Shown piece by piece: positions 1 through 7,750 of a DNA stretch of 64,000 nucleotides. The position numbers and the translations under genes were made by a program. The notes beneath the pieces are model-generated. The model was not told the origin of the DNA. It did no database searches and saw nothing but the letters and a program-made list of their open reading frames with translations. Source of the stretch: an uncultured Clostridia bacterium (lineage in GTDB: Bacteria; Bacillota; Clostridia; Oscillospirales; Oscillospiraceae); assembly GCA_945963595.1 (NCBI GenBank), contig CAMFMO010000004.1, positions 7,131 through 71,130 of the forward strand. The letters run 5' to 3'. Numbering within the stretch: position 1 is the stretch's first letter; each line of letters opens with the position of its first letter.

Positions 1-193
1 CACTTTCAAGGCCACCCTCGAAAACTAATTTTTGCCCTGACTCCGGGAAGCTGGCAAGAAGCTCAATTGCGTCCAATATGCCATCGACCGTGTGCTGTGC
101 AGCTATGGGATTCTCTAGCTTGTTGCTGATATAATCCCAGATAGCGTCCAAATCCTGCAAGGCCGTTCGGGTGTATTCTATTTTACTTGGCAT
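1..193 (-). CDS. RelE/ParE-family toxin (partial, runs off the left edge)
   Basis: Manual translation from ATG at 193: MPSKIEYTRTALQDLDAIWDYISNKLENPIAAQHTVDGILDAIELLASFPESG, a typical ParE/RelE N-terminus. Overlaps the antitoxin stop by 11 nt. Not in the ORF track. Confidence 0.85.
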   Translation of the reverse strand, partial: MPSKIEYTRTALQDLDAIWDYISNKLENPIAAQHTVDGILDAIELLASFPESGQKLVFEGGLES

Positions 194-473
194 TTGCACG
201 CTCCCGGAAGTGCTTCCGCACATCTTCCGATGTGATATATCCCTCTTCTTCCCCAGATCGGCGTCCCTCAGACAGCGCGCACATGAGCTGAAGCTGGGCA
301 CACATACGGTCATACTTTTCCGCCTTCTCCTGCTGGAGCTCTTGTTCGTCGATGTTCATAACGGTATAACAGCCACGACCGTTCTTTGTGAGGTAAAGCG
401 GTTTCCCAATCTGAACTGTCTCCAAAACGGCGGCATAATTCCGTAGGTCCGAGATTGGCTTGATGTTTGGCAT
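183..473 (-). CDS. Phd/YefM-family antitoxin
   Basis: 96 aa; MPNIKPISDLRNY...PLYLTKNGRGCYTVM matches the Phd/YefM N-terminal pattern; directly upstream of the toxin. Confidence 0.88.
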   Translation of the reverse strand: MPNIKPISDLRNYAAVLETVQIGKPLYLTKNGRGCYTVMNIDEQELQQEKAEKYDRMCAQLQLMCALSEGRRSGEEEGYITSEDVRKHFRERANAK

Positions 474-504
474 AGTAGAATCCCCCTTTCATGGGCTCAC
501 TTCT

Positions 505-551
505 AGTATACCACGATTTGATGCTAAATTCAACGCTTTATTTAACGCTAA
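505..551 (-). promoter_or_regulatory. Sigma70-type promoter of the TA operon with three tandem 12-bp repeats
   Basis: Minus strand TTGAAT-17-TATACT (533-505). Repeats ATTTGATGCTAA, ATTCAACGCTTT, ATTTAACGCTAA at 516-551 overlap the -35. Confidence 0.65.
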
Positions 552-609
552 ATTTTGCAAGTAAAATAATCTAGACTGCTGGAAGGCGAGACGCGTTTTA
601 AGCTGTGGG

Positions 610-2430
610 TTACTGCTTCCGCACGCTTTCCGCAATCTGTACCAGCTCCTCTACGGAATAGTCCGCGCTGCTTAAGAGAAAGCTCAGGCCATTTTCCTGG
701 GTGCCCTGAATCCAGACGACATCCGAGTGGGGGGCCAGTTCGCCGACTACGGCCCCTGCGGCGGGGCAGCCCTGGATGGTGTAGGCCTGGGCCGGTTCGC
801 TGCTGCCGATATGCATCTGCGCCAGTTCCTCCAGAGTGACGGTGTCGTCGGAGACATAGGTCTCGTAGGAGAAAAAGAGTTCCTTGCCGGTCTCCTTGTC
901 AAAGTACCAGCGGCGGACGTAGGCATACCAGCCGTTTTCCAATGGCCAGCCCGTAAAACTGTCCTCCTCCATTCCGGCGGGCAGGGCGGTGATGCGGTAG
1001 TCCCCCAGCTCTTCCAGGGCCTCGGTGGTCTTGGAGGCGTTGGTGGGGGTCAGCTCCGGGCCAAGGCCCACGCTTCTGGCAATGGAAGCAAGATCAAGGC
1101 TGTCATCGGTGGCAAGACTGTAGGCGTAGCCCTTTGTTTCGTCCGTCCAGAGAAGGGAGTTGCCGTTAAGATACCCCGTATTTCCGTTAATATCCACCGT
1201 TTCCGGCTGGCCCGCTCCGTCAAAGCTGCGGCCATAGGGGCCAAGACGGTAATAGAAGGTGTAGTGCAGAAAATTTCCGGCGGCGTTTTCGTAGCGGATT
1301 TCCTGCTGGCCGTAGGCTCTGTCGCTGACGAAGGTAATGCGATAGCCCTCCGGCGTGGACTGGGGGTAAATGGATTCCCAGCCATAGTAGGTTCCCGAAT
1401 CCTGGGAAAGGTCAATGGAATAATCCGGTCCCAGGTAATCCGGGGTTTCGCTGAGGGGCTCTCCGGCGGCGGTGCTTTCCGCCATGGCGAGGATATCCAC
1501 GTTTTCGTCCATGGTGGAGAGGCAGGCGTAAAAGCCCTCCCGGGTGTTTTCCCAGAGCAGAATTCGCAGGCCGCCGCTGGTGGTCATCATTCTGGCGGCA
1601 TCCTCCCCCACAGTCTCGTCCGTCCAGACGAAGGAATCGTGGGGCGGGTCGGAAACGGTGTCGCGCAGGTCATAGGTCGGAGAAACCACATAGGTGATTG
1701 CTTCGCCTTCGCTGCTATAGTCAATGATCACAACGTCCGAGGCAAAGGAAACACGATCTATCGTGTAGCCGTCGGGAAGCTGCTGGGGGGAGTAGGGGGC
1801 CCAGATGGCACCATCTTTGCACAAAAAGCTCAGGGGAAGCGGCTGGCCGAAGGCCACGCTGTCCGCCATGGCCTGTAAATCGACGGTCATGTCCTCGGTA
1901 TCGAGCCATGCGTAGTAGCCCTCCGTCTCATTGTGCCAGGCGATTGTCTGGCCTTCATCCGAAACATGCATGGTTCCGCTCTGGCCGGAGACGGCGACTT
2001 CGGAACTTTCCGCGGAAGCCAACGTGATGTCGTCTCTTTCTGCGGTGGAGACGATATAGGTGATGGTCTGTCCGGCGTCATTGGCAAACTCGATGCTCTG
2101 GGTCGTCCGGTCTATAGGGGAGCCGCCGACCATCCGGTATCCGTCAGGAAGCGCCTGGGGATAGCAGTCCGTCAGAACGTTTTTGGTCTCCACGCTGCCA
2201 TCTGTAGAAACCGTGGCGGTGGGAACATCATACTGGGTGAGCTTTGTATGGATTCTGGCGTAGACCGCCACGGCGCACCCCACCAGCAGCGCGGCCAGGG
2301 CAATCACGGCGGCAATCAGGACAAGACGCGGTTTCGGGCGCTTGACCGAACGGGGCGTTTCTTCGGTTTTTGCCAGTCTGCCAGATTCCAGTCCGCCAAT
2401 GGCAAGGAACAATTCTTCACATCGTTTCAT
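610..2430 (-). CDS. Membrane-anchored anti-sigma factor with four tandem DUF4367-like extracellular domains
   Basis: Likely start MKRCEELF at 2430 (ATGA overlap with the sigma stop). One TM helix, then four repeats of the type Y-x-P-x-x-LP-x-GY ... W ... L-x-x-(M/I)A-x-SV. The ORF-track start at 2904 is a shadow extension. Confidence 0.75.
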   Translation of the reverse strand: MKRCEELFLAIGGLESGRLAKTEETPRSVKRPKPRLVLIAAVIALAALLVGCAVAVYARIHTKLTQYDVPTATVSTDGSVETKNVLTDCYPQALPDGYRMVGGSPIDRTTQSIEFANDAGQTITYIVSTAERDDITLASAESSEVAVSGQSGTMHVSDEGQTIAWHNETEGYYAWLDTEDMTVDLQAMADSVAFGQPLPLSFLCKDGAIWAPYSPQQLPDGYTIDRVSFASDVVIIDYSSEGEAITYVVSPTYDLRDTVSDPPHDSFVWTDETVGEDAARMMTTSGGLRILLWENTREGFYACLSTMDENVDILAMAESTAAGEPLSETPDYLGPDYSIDLSQDSGTYYGWESIYPQSTPEGYRITFVSDRAYGQQEIRYENAAGNFLHYTFYYRLGPYGRSFDGAGQPETVDINGNTGYLNGNSLLWTDETKGYAYSLATDDSLDLASIARSVGLGPELTPTNASKTTEALEELGDYRITALPAGMEEDSFTGWPLENGWYAYVRRWYFDKETGKELFFSYETYVSDDTVTLEELAQMHIGSSEPAQAYTIQGCPAAGAVVGELAPHSDVVWIQGTQENGLSFLLSSADYSVEELVQIAESVRKQ

Positions 2431-2987
2431 ACTGCATATCCCTCCTGAATCAGGTGCGCTTTCAGCTTCTTCCGTGTGCGGCATAAGCTCTGGTTGACGG
2501 AATCCCGGCACAGGCCGTAGCGGGCGGCAATGGCTCCGGCGTCCTCCAGGAAGAAATACCGCCGCAGGAAGATGTTCTGTTCCAGCGGAGAAAGGGTGTC
2601 CAGAAGCTTGCCAATGGAGCGGGTCAGCTCCTTGGCCTCCAGCGCCGCGCCAACCTCTTCGCCGGTGCCGATGCATTCCGCCAGCTCCTCCAATACCAGT
2701 GGCAGCTCCCCGCCGCCCCGCTTCTGGGCGGTGAGATTGCGCCAGCGGGAGAAGGCGAGATTCCGGGTGATCTTTGCCAGAAACAGCCGCAGCACCGCAG
2801 GCTTCTTGGGCGGCATGGACTGCCAGGCTTTCAGGTATGTATCGTTCAGGGCCTCCTCTGCGTCCTCCCGGCTGGGCAGGATGGCATTGGCCAGGGAGAA
2901 GCAATAGGGGCCGTATTTGGCATCCGTCTGGGCCAGAGCCTGTTCATCCCGGGCAAAGTACAGCGCAATGATCTCTTCGTCGCTCAT
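2427..2987 (-). CDS. ECF (sigma70 group 4) RNA polymerase sigma factor
   Basis: 186 aa; region 2 (DAEEALNDTYLKAW) and region 4 (IFLRRYFFLE...IAARYG...R.RKKLK). Confidence 0.92.
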   Translation of the reverse strand: MSDEEIIALYFARDEQALAQTDAKYGPYCFSLANAILPSREDAEEALNDTYLKAWQSMPPKKPAVLRLFLAKITRNLAFSRWRNLTAQKRGGGELPLVLEELAECIGTGEEVGAALEAKELTRSIGKLLDTLSPLEQNIFLRRYFFLEDAGAIAARYGLCRDSVNQSLCRTRKKLKAHLIQEGYAV

Positions 2988-3176
2988 AGGTGGATTCCTC
3001 CAATCTGTGTAAAAAGGCCTTTGCTATATTAGACGCATTTTGCTGGACTGCGCTGACAGAAAACTGAAAATATTTTACCATTGAATGGAAATTTCATCAA
3101 GATGGGGTGAAAAATGGCTCTGCTGACGCTTTTTTCGGTCAGCAGAGCCATTTTTTTGGGTAATGCAGAAAGCGGC

Positions 3177-4253
3177 TTATTGGGCGGCTCTGCGGGTGGA
3201 AAGATCCTCCAGGTACCGGTGGAATTCTTCGAGGGGCTGCGCCCATTCCACCGCATAGGCTTCATCGCCCCGGTGGTCCTCCAGGTTGAAGATTTCCAGC
3301 AGGTCCCGGGCCAGAGCTTTGGAGAAGACCAGAGAGCCCTCCACATTCAGATGGCTGTGGTCATAGTAGTGTTCCTGGAAGGTGAGTCCCAGGCGCTGAA
3401 CCTGCGCGTAGGTGCAGTAGTTCAGGTAGGGAATCTCCTTGGCCTCAAAATAGGCCCGCATTTTTTCTTCGTTGGCGGCATAGACCGCCGCATCCTGAAT
3501 TTTCGGGGGTGTGACAGCCACAACTTCAATGCCCTTGCTTTGGCAGAGCTCGATGATGCGGTTGTAGTAGCCTACGCTGAACTCGGAGAAGGTATCCAGG
3601 GCCTCGGTGTAGTTCCAGAGGTCCGGGGTGATCTCATCCGTGCCGTTATAAACGGCCTCATAGAGCATGGAACCCTTCTGGTAGCTGGGGTAGGCGTCAT
3701 CGAGCTGCCGGTCCGGCTGGAAGTTTTCTGCGGTAAGCTCACTCCACATGGTGTGGTAGCGCAGCAGAGGGAATTTCCAGGAAAGATAGGACTGGGTGTC
3801 GTCCACAGCGCAGATTTCCCGGATCATCTGCTCTTTCAAGGCCTTGTCCGGCATACACTCCACCACTTTCCGGTAGATGCTTTCCTGCTCGTGGGGCTTC
3901 ATGTCGTCGAACAAACAGCTGAAATCGCAGAGGACAATATCCGGGGTCTGGTATTCCAGGGCGTAGAGCAGCTGATAGTAGGCCGTCATGGCGCAGCGGA
4001 AGGTGATGGCAAAATTGTAGCCGGTAATGCCTGCTTCCTCGTAGGTGACGATGGGGTCATAGGCGGCATAGAGCTCGCTGGTGCCCAGGCACAGAACGTC
4101 GATGGAATCCGGGGCAGCCTGGGAATAGCGTATATTCCGGGTGTACAGGTTTTCATTTCCGGACCACCGGTAGTGCAGGATGCTCTGGGCCCCGGAAAAG
4201 CACAGGGCGAAGAGCAGCAAAAAAACGGCGGCGCGAATCAGATATTTTTTCAT
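3177..4253 (-). CDS. Membrane-anchored SGNH-like (DltD/AlgJ-type) acyltransferase component
   Basis: Start MKKYLIRAAVFLLLF at 4253 (N-terminal anchor). GTSE block-I-like motif and DHSH (DxxH) near the C-terminus. Last gene of the MBOAT operon. Confidence 0.65.
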   Translation of the reverse strand: MKKYLIRAAVFLLLFALCFSGAQSILHYRWSGNENLYTRNIRYSQAAPDSIDVLCLGTSELYAAYDPIVTYEEAGITGYNFAITFRCAMTAYYQLLYALEYQTPDIVLCDFSCLFDDMKPHEQESIYRKVVECMPDKALKEQMIREICAVDDTQSYLSWKFPLLRYHTMWSELTAENFQPDRQLDDAYPSYQKGSMLYEAVYNGTDEITPDLWNYTEALDTFSEFSVGYYNRIIELCQSKGIEVVAVTPPKIQDAAVYAANEEKMRAYFEAKEIPYLNYCTYAQVQRLGLTFQEHYYDHSHLNVEGSLVFSKALARDLLEIFNLEDHRGDEAYAVEWAQPLEEFHRYLEDLSTRRAAQ

Positions 4254-4272
4254 AAACCAATCTCCTCCCTGC

Positions 4273-5799
4273 CTAGAATTCCTGATAGATGAAGGAAGAG
4301 GCGGAGAATTCCGGCCCGTAAATGCCGAAGATGATGATGGCAAACACAGCCAGAAGATAGATGGCAAACCGGGTTACAATGTCCTGCCGGAGAACGGTCT
4401 CCCGGAGCTTCACCTTCCGTTCGTGGAGAATATCCACGGCAATCAGCAGTGCAATGCCGAGGTACATCAGGTGGATGTTCTTGTAATCCAGGCCGTACCC
4501 GCACAGGGTTCCGTCAAACAGGATGGCGGTCTGCCGGAGACTGAAATTCCGGAATGTCCTTGCCATGAGAGAGAAGGCCTGGGGCAGGTCCTTGGCCCGG
4601 ATGAAGAACCGGCCGAAGGTCAGAATCAGGAAGGTCCGCAGGGCCTGGAACAGCTTCCAGCTCAGAGCGTTCTCGTTGATGTGCAGGGCGGTCCGCACCT
4701 TTTTGTACCAGGGGCCCAGCAGAACGGCGGTGGAGACAAAGAAGGCCTGATAGCAGCCGTATACCACATAGTTCCAGCCGGTGCCATGCCAGACACCTAC
4801 CAGAATGAAAACGATCACCGAGGCCAGGGTTGCGGAAAACACCTTTTTCAGGTACTTATTGGGAATTTTCTTGGAGAACTTCATGACGGACCGGTTGAGC
4901 ACAATGGGGTAGTACAAATACTTCTCCATGAATTCTCCCAGGGACATATGCCACCGCTGCCAGTATTCCGTGACGCTTCTGGAAACCAGGGGAGAGCGGA
5001 AGTTTTCGGCCAGACGGATGTCCAGCATTTCGGAAAGACCCATGATCACATCAATGCCGCCGGAGAAGTCGGCGTAGATCTGGAAGCTATAGAGCACCAT
5101 GGCCCAGAACAGCAGAAAGCCCCCTGCGGCCTCGTCTTTCAGAATGGCCATGACCAGAATGCCGATCCGGTCAGCAATGACCACCTTTTTGAAATAGCCC
5201 CACAGGGAGCGCTGCATCCCCATGATGATCCGCTTGCCCTCGGGCTGGTGGGTAAGCTTGAACTGGGGCGCGGTCCTTTTGTAGAGATTGACAGGGCCCT
5301 GGACGATGGAGGGAAAGTAAGTGATGAAGAGAAAATAGTCCAGGAAATTCCGCTCTGCCTTGTGCTTTTTGTGGTAGATGTCGTTGGCGTAGGCAATCAT
5401 GGTCAGGGTGAAATAGGACAGCCCAATGGGGGAGACCAGCGCATTGACGCAGATCCCCTTGCTGCGCAGAAGGTCCTGCAGGAGCAGGAAGGTGTCCTTG
5501 AAGAACTTGAAATAGCACAGAATCGCCAAAGACAGCACGATGTCCAGCCAGAAAATCCGGCGGGCCTTGCTTTTTTGCTCTAAAAGGATATTTTTCTCAA
5601 TGAGAAGCCCTGCCCCGTAGGAAATGGCCACGCACAGCGTGATGATGAGCAGGGATTTGAGGCCGGATGTGGCGAGGATGAAGAAGAGATTCGCAGCCAG
5701 AAGCACGCACCTTTGGCCGTTCTTCACCTTCCGGACTCCATAGTAGAGGGCGACTACTGCCAGGGCGAAGGCCACATAGCTCAGGGATTTCAGCTCCAT
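4273..5799 (-). CDS. MBOAT family O-acyltransferase (AlgI/DltB-like)
   Basis: Start MELKSLSY at 5799. Motifs PIGLSYFT, YFPSIVQGP, IYADFSG, ENFRSP, YWQRWHMSL and the catalytic-His motif GVWHG. Confidence 0.93.
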   Translation of the reverse strand: MELKSLSYVAFALAVVALYYGVRKVKNGQRCVLLAANLFFILATSGLKSLLIITLCVAISYGAGLLIEKNILLEQKSKARRIFWLDIVLSLAILCYFKFFKDTFLLLQDLLRSKGICVNALVSPIGLSYFTLTMIAYANDIYHKKHKAERNFLDYFLFITYFPSIVQGPVNLYKRTAPQFKLTHQPEGKRIIMGMQRSLWGYFKKVVIADRIGILVMAILKDEAAGGFLLFWAMVLYSFQIYADFSGGIDVIMGLSEMLDIRLAENFRSPLVSRSVTEYWQRWHMSLGEFMEKYLYYPIVLNRSVMKFSKKIPNKYLKKVFSATLASVIVFILVGVWHGTGWNYVVYGCYQAFFVSTAVLLGPWYKKVRTALHINENALSWKLFQALRTFLILTFGRFFIRAKDLPQAFSLMARTFRNFSLRQTAILFDGTLCGYGLDYKNIHLMYLGIALLIAVDILHERKVKLRETVLRQDIVTRFAIYLLAVFAIIIFGIYGPEFSASSFIYQEF

Positions 5800-5803
5800 C
5801 TTT

Positions 5804-6037
5804 TTACCGCTCGGCCAGCTTCCGCTCCACCATGGCGCAGATGGCATCCAGGCTGTTCAGGTTTTCCGGTTCAATGTCGTCGGCATCGATGGAAATATCG
5901 AATTCGTCCATCAGGCTGGTGACGATCTGGATCACGTCAAAGGATTCCAGCAGGCTGTCGTCAATCAGGGCGGTCTCGTTTTCAAAATCGATGTCCGGCT
6001 GGATTCCCTCCAGCAGCTTCAAAATGCGTTCTTTCAT
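5804..6037 (-). CDS. Acyl/aminoacyl carrier protein (DltC-like)
   Basis: 77 aa, acidic; LLESFDVIQIV contains the phosphopantetheine-site Ser. Confidence 0.88.
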   Translation of the reverse strand: MKERILKLLEGIQPDIDFENETALIDDSLLESFDVIQIVTSLMDEFDISIDADDIEPENLNSLDAICAMVERKLAER

Positions 6038-6040
6038 AGC

Positions 6041-7555
6041 TCAGTTCTCCTTTATGTATTGGTGTTTCAGCAGTGTTCTGTCGATTTTTCCGTTGAGATT
6101 GATGGGCATTTCCTCCAGAGGGACATACCAGTTGGGCAGCATGTAGTTCGGCAGCTTTTCCTTCAGAGCCTCGGTCAGGGCTTTCTGATCGAGGTTTCCC
6201 TCGTAGATGGCAACGATTTTCTGGGTATTGTGCTCATATAGGCAGCAGCCCCGCCGAATTCCGGGCACGGCGCTGAGGGCGGTTTCGATTTCGCCCAGCT
6301 CAATGCGGTGGCCCATGTGCTTGATCTGGGAGTCCTTCCGGGCCAGGAAGACGATCTCGCCGTATGCATTGTACTTTCCCAGGTCTCCGGTGCGGTAGAT
6401 GCGCTCGTAGTAATTCTTTTGCAGGGGATTGCGCACAAAGGCCTCGTTTGTCTTTTCGGGATTGTTGAAGTAGCCATGGGCCAGGGAGCAGCCCCGAACG
6501 CAGATCTCGCCGACGCTGTCCTGCTCGGTGACCAAGGTGTCGCCGTCCAGCAGCATGACCTCCGTATTGCTGCAGGCGAAGCCGATGGGGATGGGCTCCG
6601 TGTCTTCGAATTCCCGCTCGATTTTGTAGTAGGTGCAGTCGCCGGTGGCCTCGGTGGGACCGTAGAGGTTGGCGTATTTCACCTCCGGCAGGGCCTTGCG
6701 CCACATATTGAACTGCTTTGTGGGCATGACCTCTCCAAGGAACATGACTTTTTTCAGGGATTCCGGCTTTTCCTTGTCCAGAGCCCGGAAATTCACGATC
6801 ATGCACAGGGCAGAGGGCACCCAGTCGATGCAGGTGATGCGCTTTTCATTCAGAAAATGCACCAGCTTTTTGGGCAGGGAGAAGAATTTCCTGGGGACGA
6901 TGTGCATGGTGGCTCCGCAGCGCAATGTGGCGTAGATGTCCTTTACGGAGGCGTCAAAGTAGAAGGGCGTCTGATTGGCGAAGACCTCGTTCTCGTCAAA
7001 TTCGAAGGTTTCGCACCACCACTCCGTGAAATTGATGACGGACCGGTGGCTGACGAGAACCCCTTTGGGCACGCCGGTGGAGCCGGAGGTGAAGATGGCA
7101 TACACCGGGTCCGTATCGATGGACCGGTGCTGCCGGGCCTGGATTTCCTGAGTCCGCACCGTATCCGCGGCCTTGAGCTCCTCTATGTAGTACACGGTGC
7201 AGCATTCCTTGACCGCCTCGGGAAGGGGGTCCTCTCTGCGGGCCAGAAGGTGCTTGGCCCCCAGGGTGTCGATGATCAGCTTGACCCGTTCATAGGGCAT
7301 CTGCATATCGATGGGCACATAAAAGCCGCCGGTATAGGCAACACCCAGAAAGGCCTCAATGACCTCTACGCTTTTGTTCATGTATACCAGCACAGGTGTG
7401 CCGATGCTTACGGCATCCAGAAGACCGCTGGCGATTTTCAGGGCGCTGTCTTTCAGCTCGGAAAAGGTGATCTCCCGGTTTTCGTCGCAATAGGCCTTTT
7501 TGCCCCCAAATTTCTTTTCCGTGATCTCCAGATAGTCTATAACGTTTTTGATCAT
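6041..7555 (-). CDS. Stand-alone amino-acid adenylation enzyme (DltA-like)
   Basis: FTSGSTGVPKGV, YGPTE, YRTGDLG, QIKHMGHRIELGEIE, NGKIDR adenylation-domain core motifs. Confidence 0.92.
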   Translation of the reverse strand: MIKNVIDYLEITEKKFGGKKAYCDENREITFSELKDSALKIASGLLDAVSIGTPVLVYMNKSVEVIEAFLGVAYTGGFYVPIDMQMPYERVKLIIDTLGAKHLLARREDPLPEAVKECCTVYYIEELKAADTVRTQEIQARQHRSIDTDPVYAIFTSGSTGVPKGVLVSHRSVINFTEWWCETFEFDENEVFANQTPFYFDASVKDIYATLRCGATMHIVPRKFFSLPKKLVHFLNEKRITCIDWVPSALCMIVNFRALDKEKPESLKKVMFLGEVMPTKQFNMWRKALPEVKYANLYGPTEATGDCTYYKIEREFEDTEPIPIGFACSNTEVMLLDGDTLVTEQDSVGEICVRGCSLAHGYFNNPEKTNEAFVRNPLQKNYYERIYRTGDLGKYNAYGEIVFLARKDSQIKHMGHRIELGEIETALSAVPGIRRGCCLYEHNTQKIVAIYEGNLDQKALTEALKEKLPNYMLPNWYVPLEEMPINLNGKIDRTLLKHQYIKEN

Positions 7556-7712
7556 GTCTTACTGCCTCCATGGGCCGGGCACGGGAAATGCAAACGTGCT
7601 CCGGAATTCTCAAAATCGGGGAGAAAACGCAATTTGTGCCAAATTATCATCCTGATTCTACCACAGCTTCGACCAAATAGCAAGGTACTTATTGCCCTTG
7701 CCGGTATCGCAG

Positions 7713-7747
7713 AAAACACCTCCTGTGTTTGGAAGCACAGGAGGCGT
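7713..7747 (-). terminator. Intrinsic terminator after the efflux operon
   Basis: ACACCTCCTGTG / CACAGGAGGCGT stem, followed by a T-run on the minus strand. Confidence 0.6.
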
Positions 7748-7750
7748 CTG

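Noticed and set aside
2431-2904. N-terminal 157 aa of the 764-aa ORF 610-2904
   Set aside because: It overlaps the ECF sigma gene in another frame; the real start is the coupled ATG at 2430.
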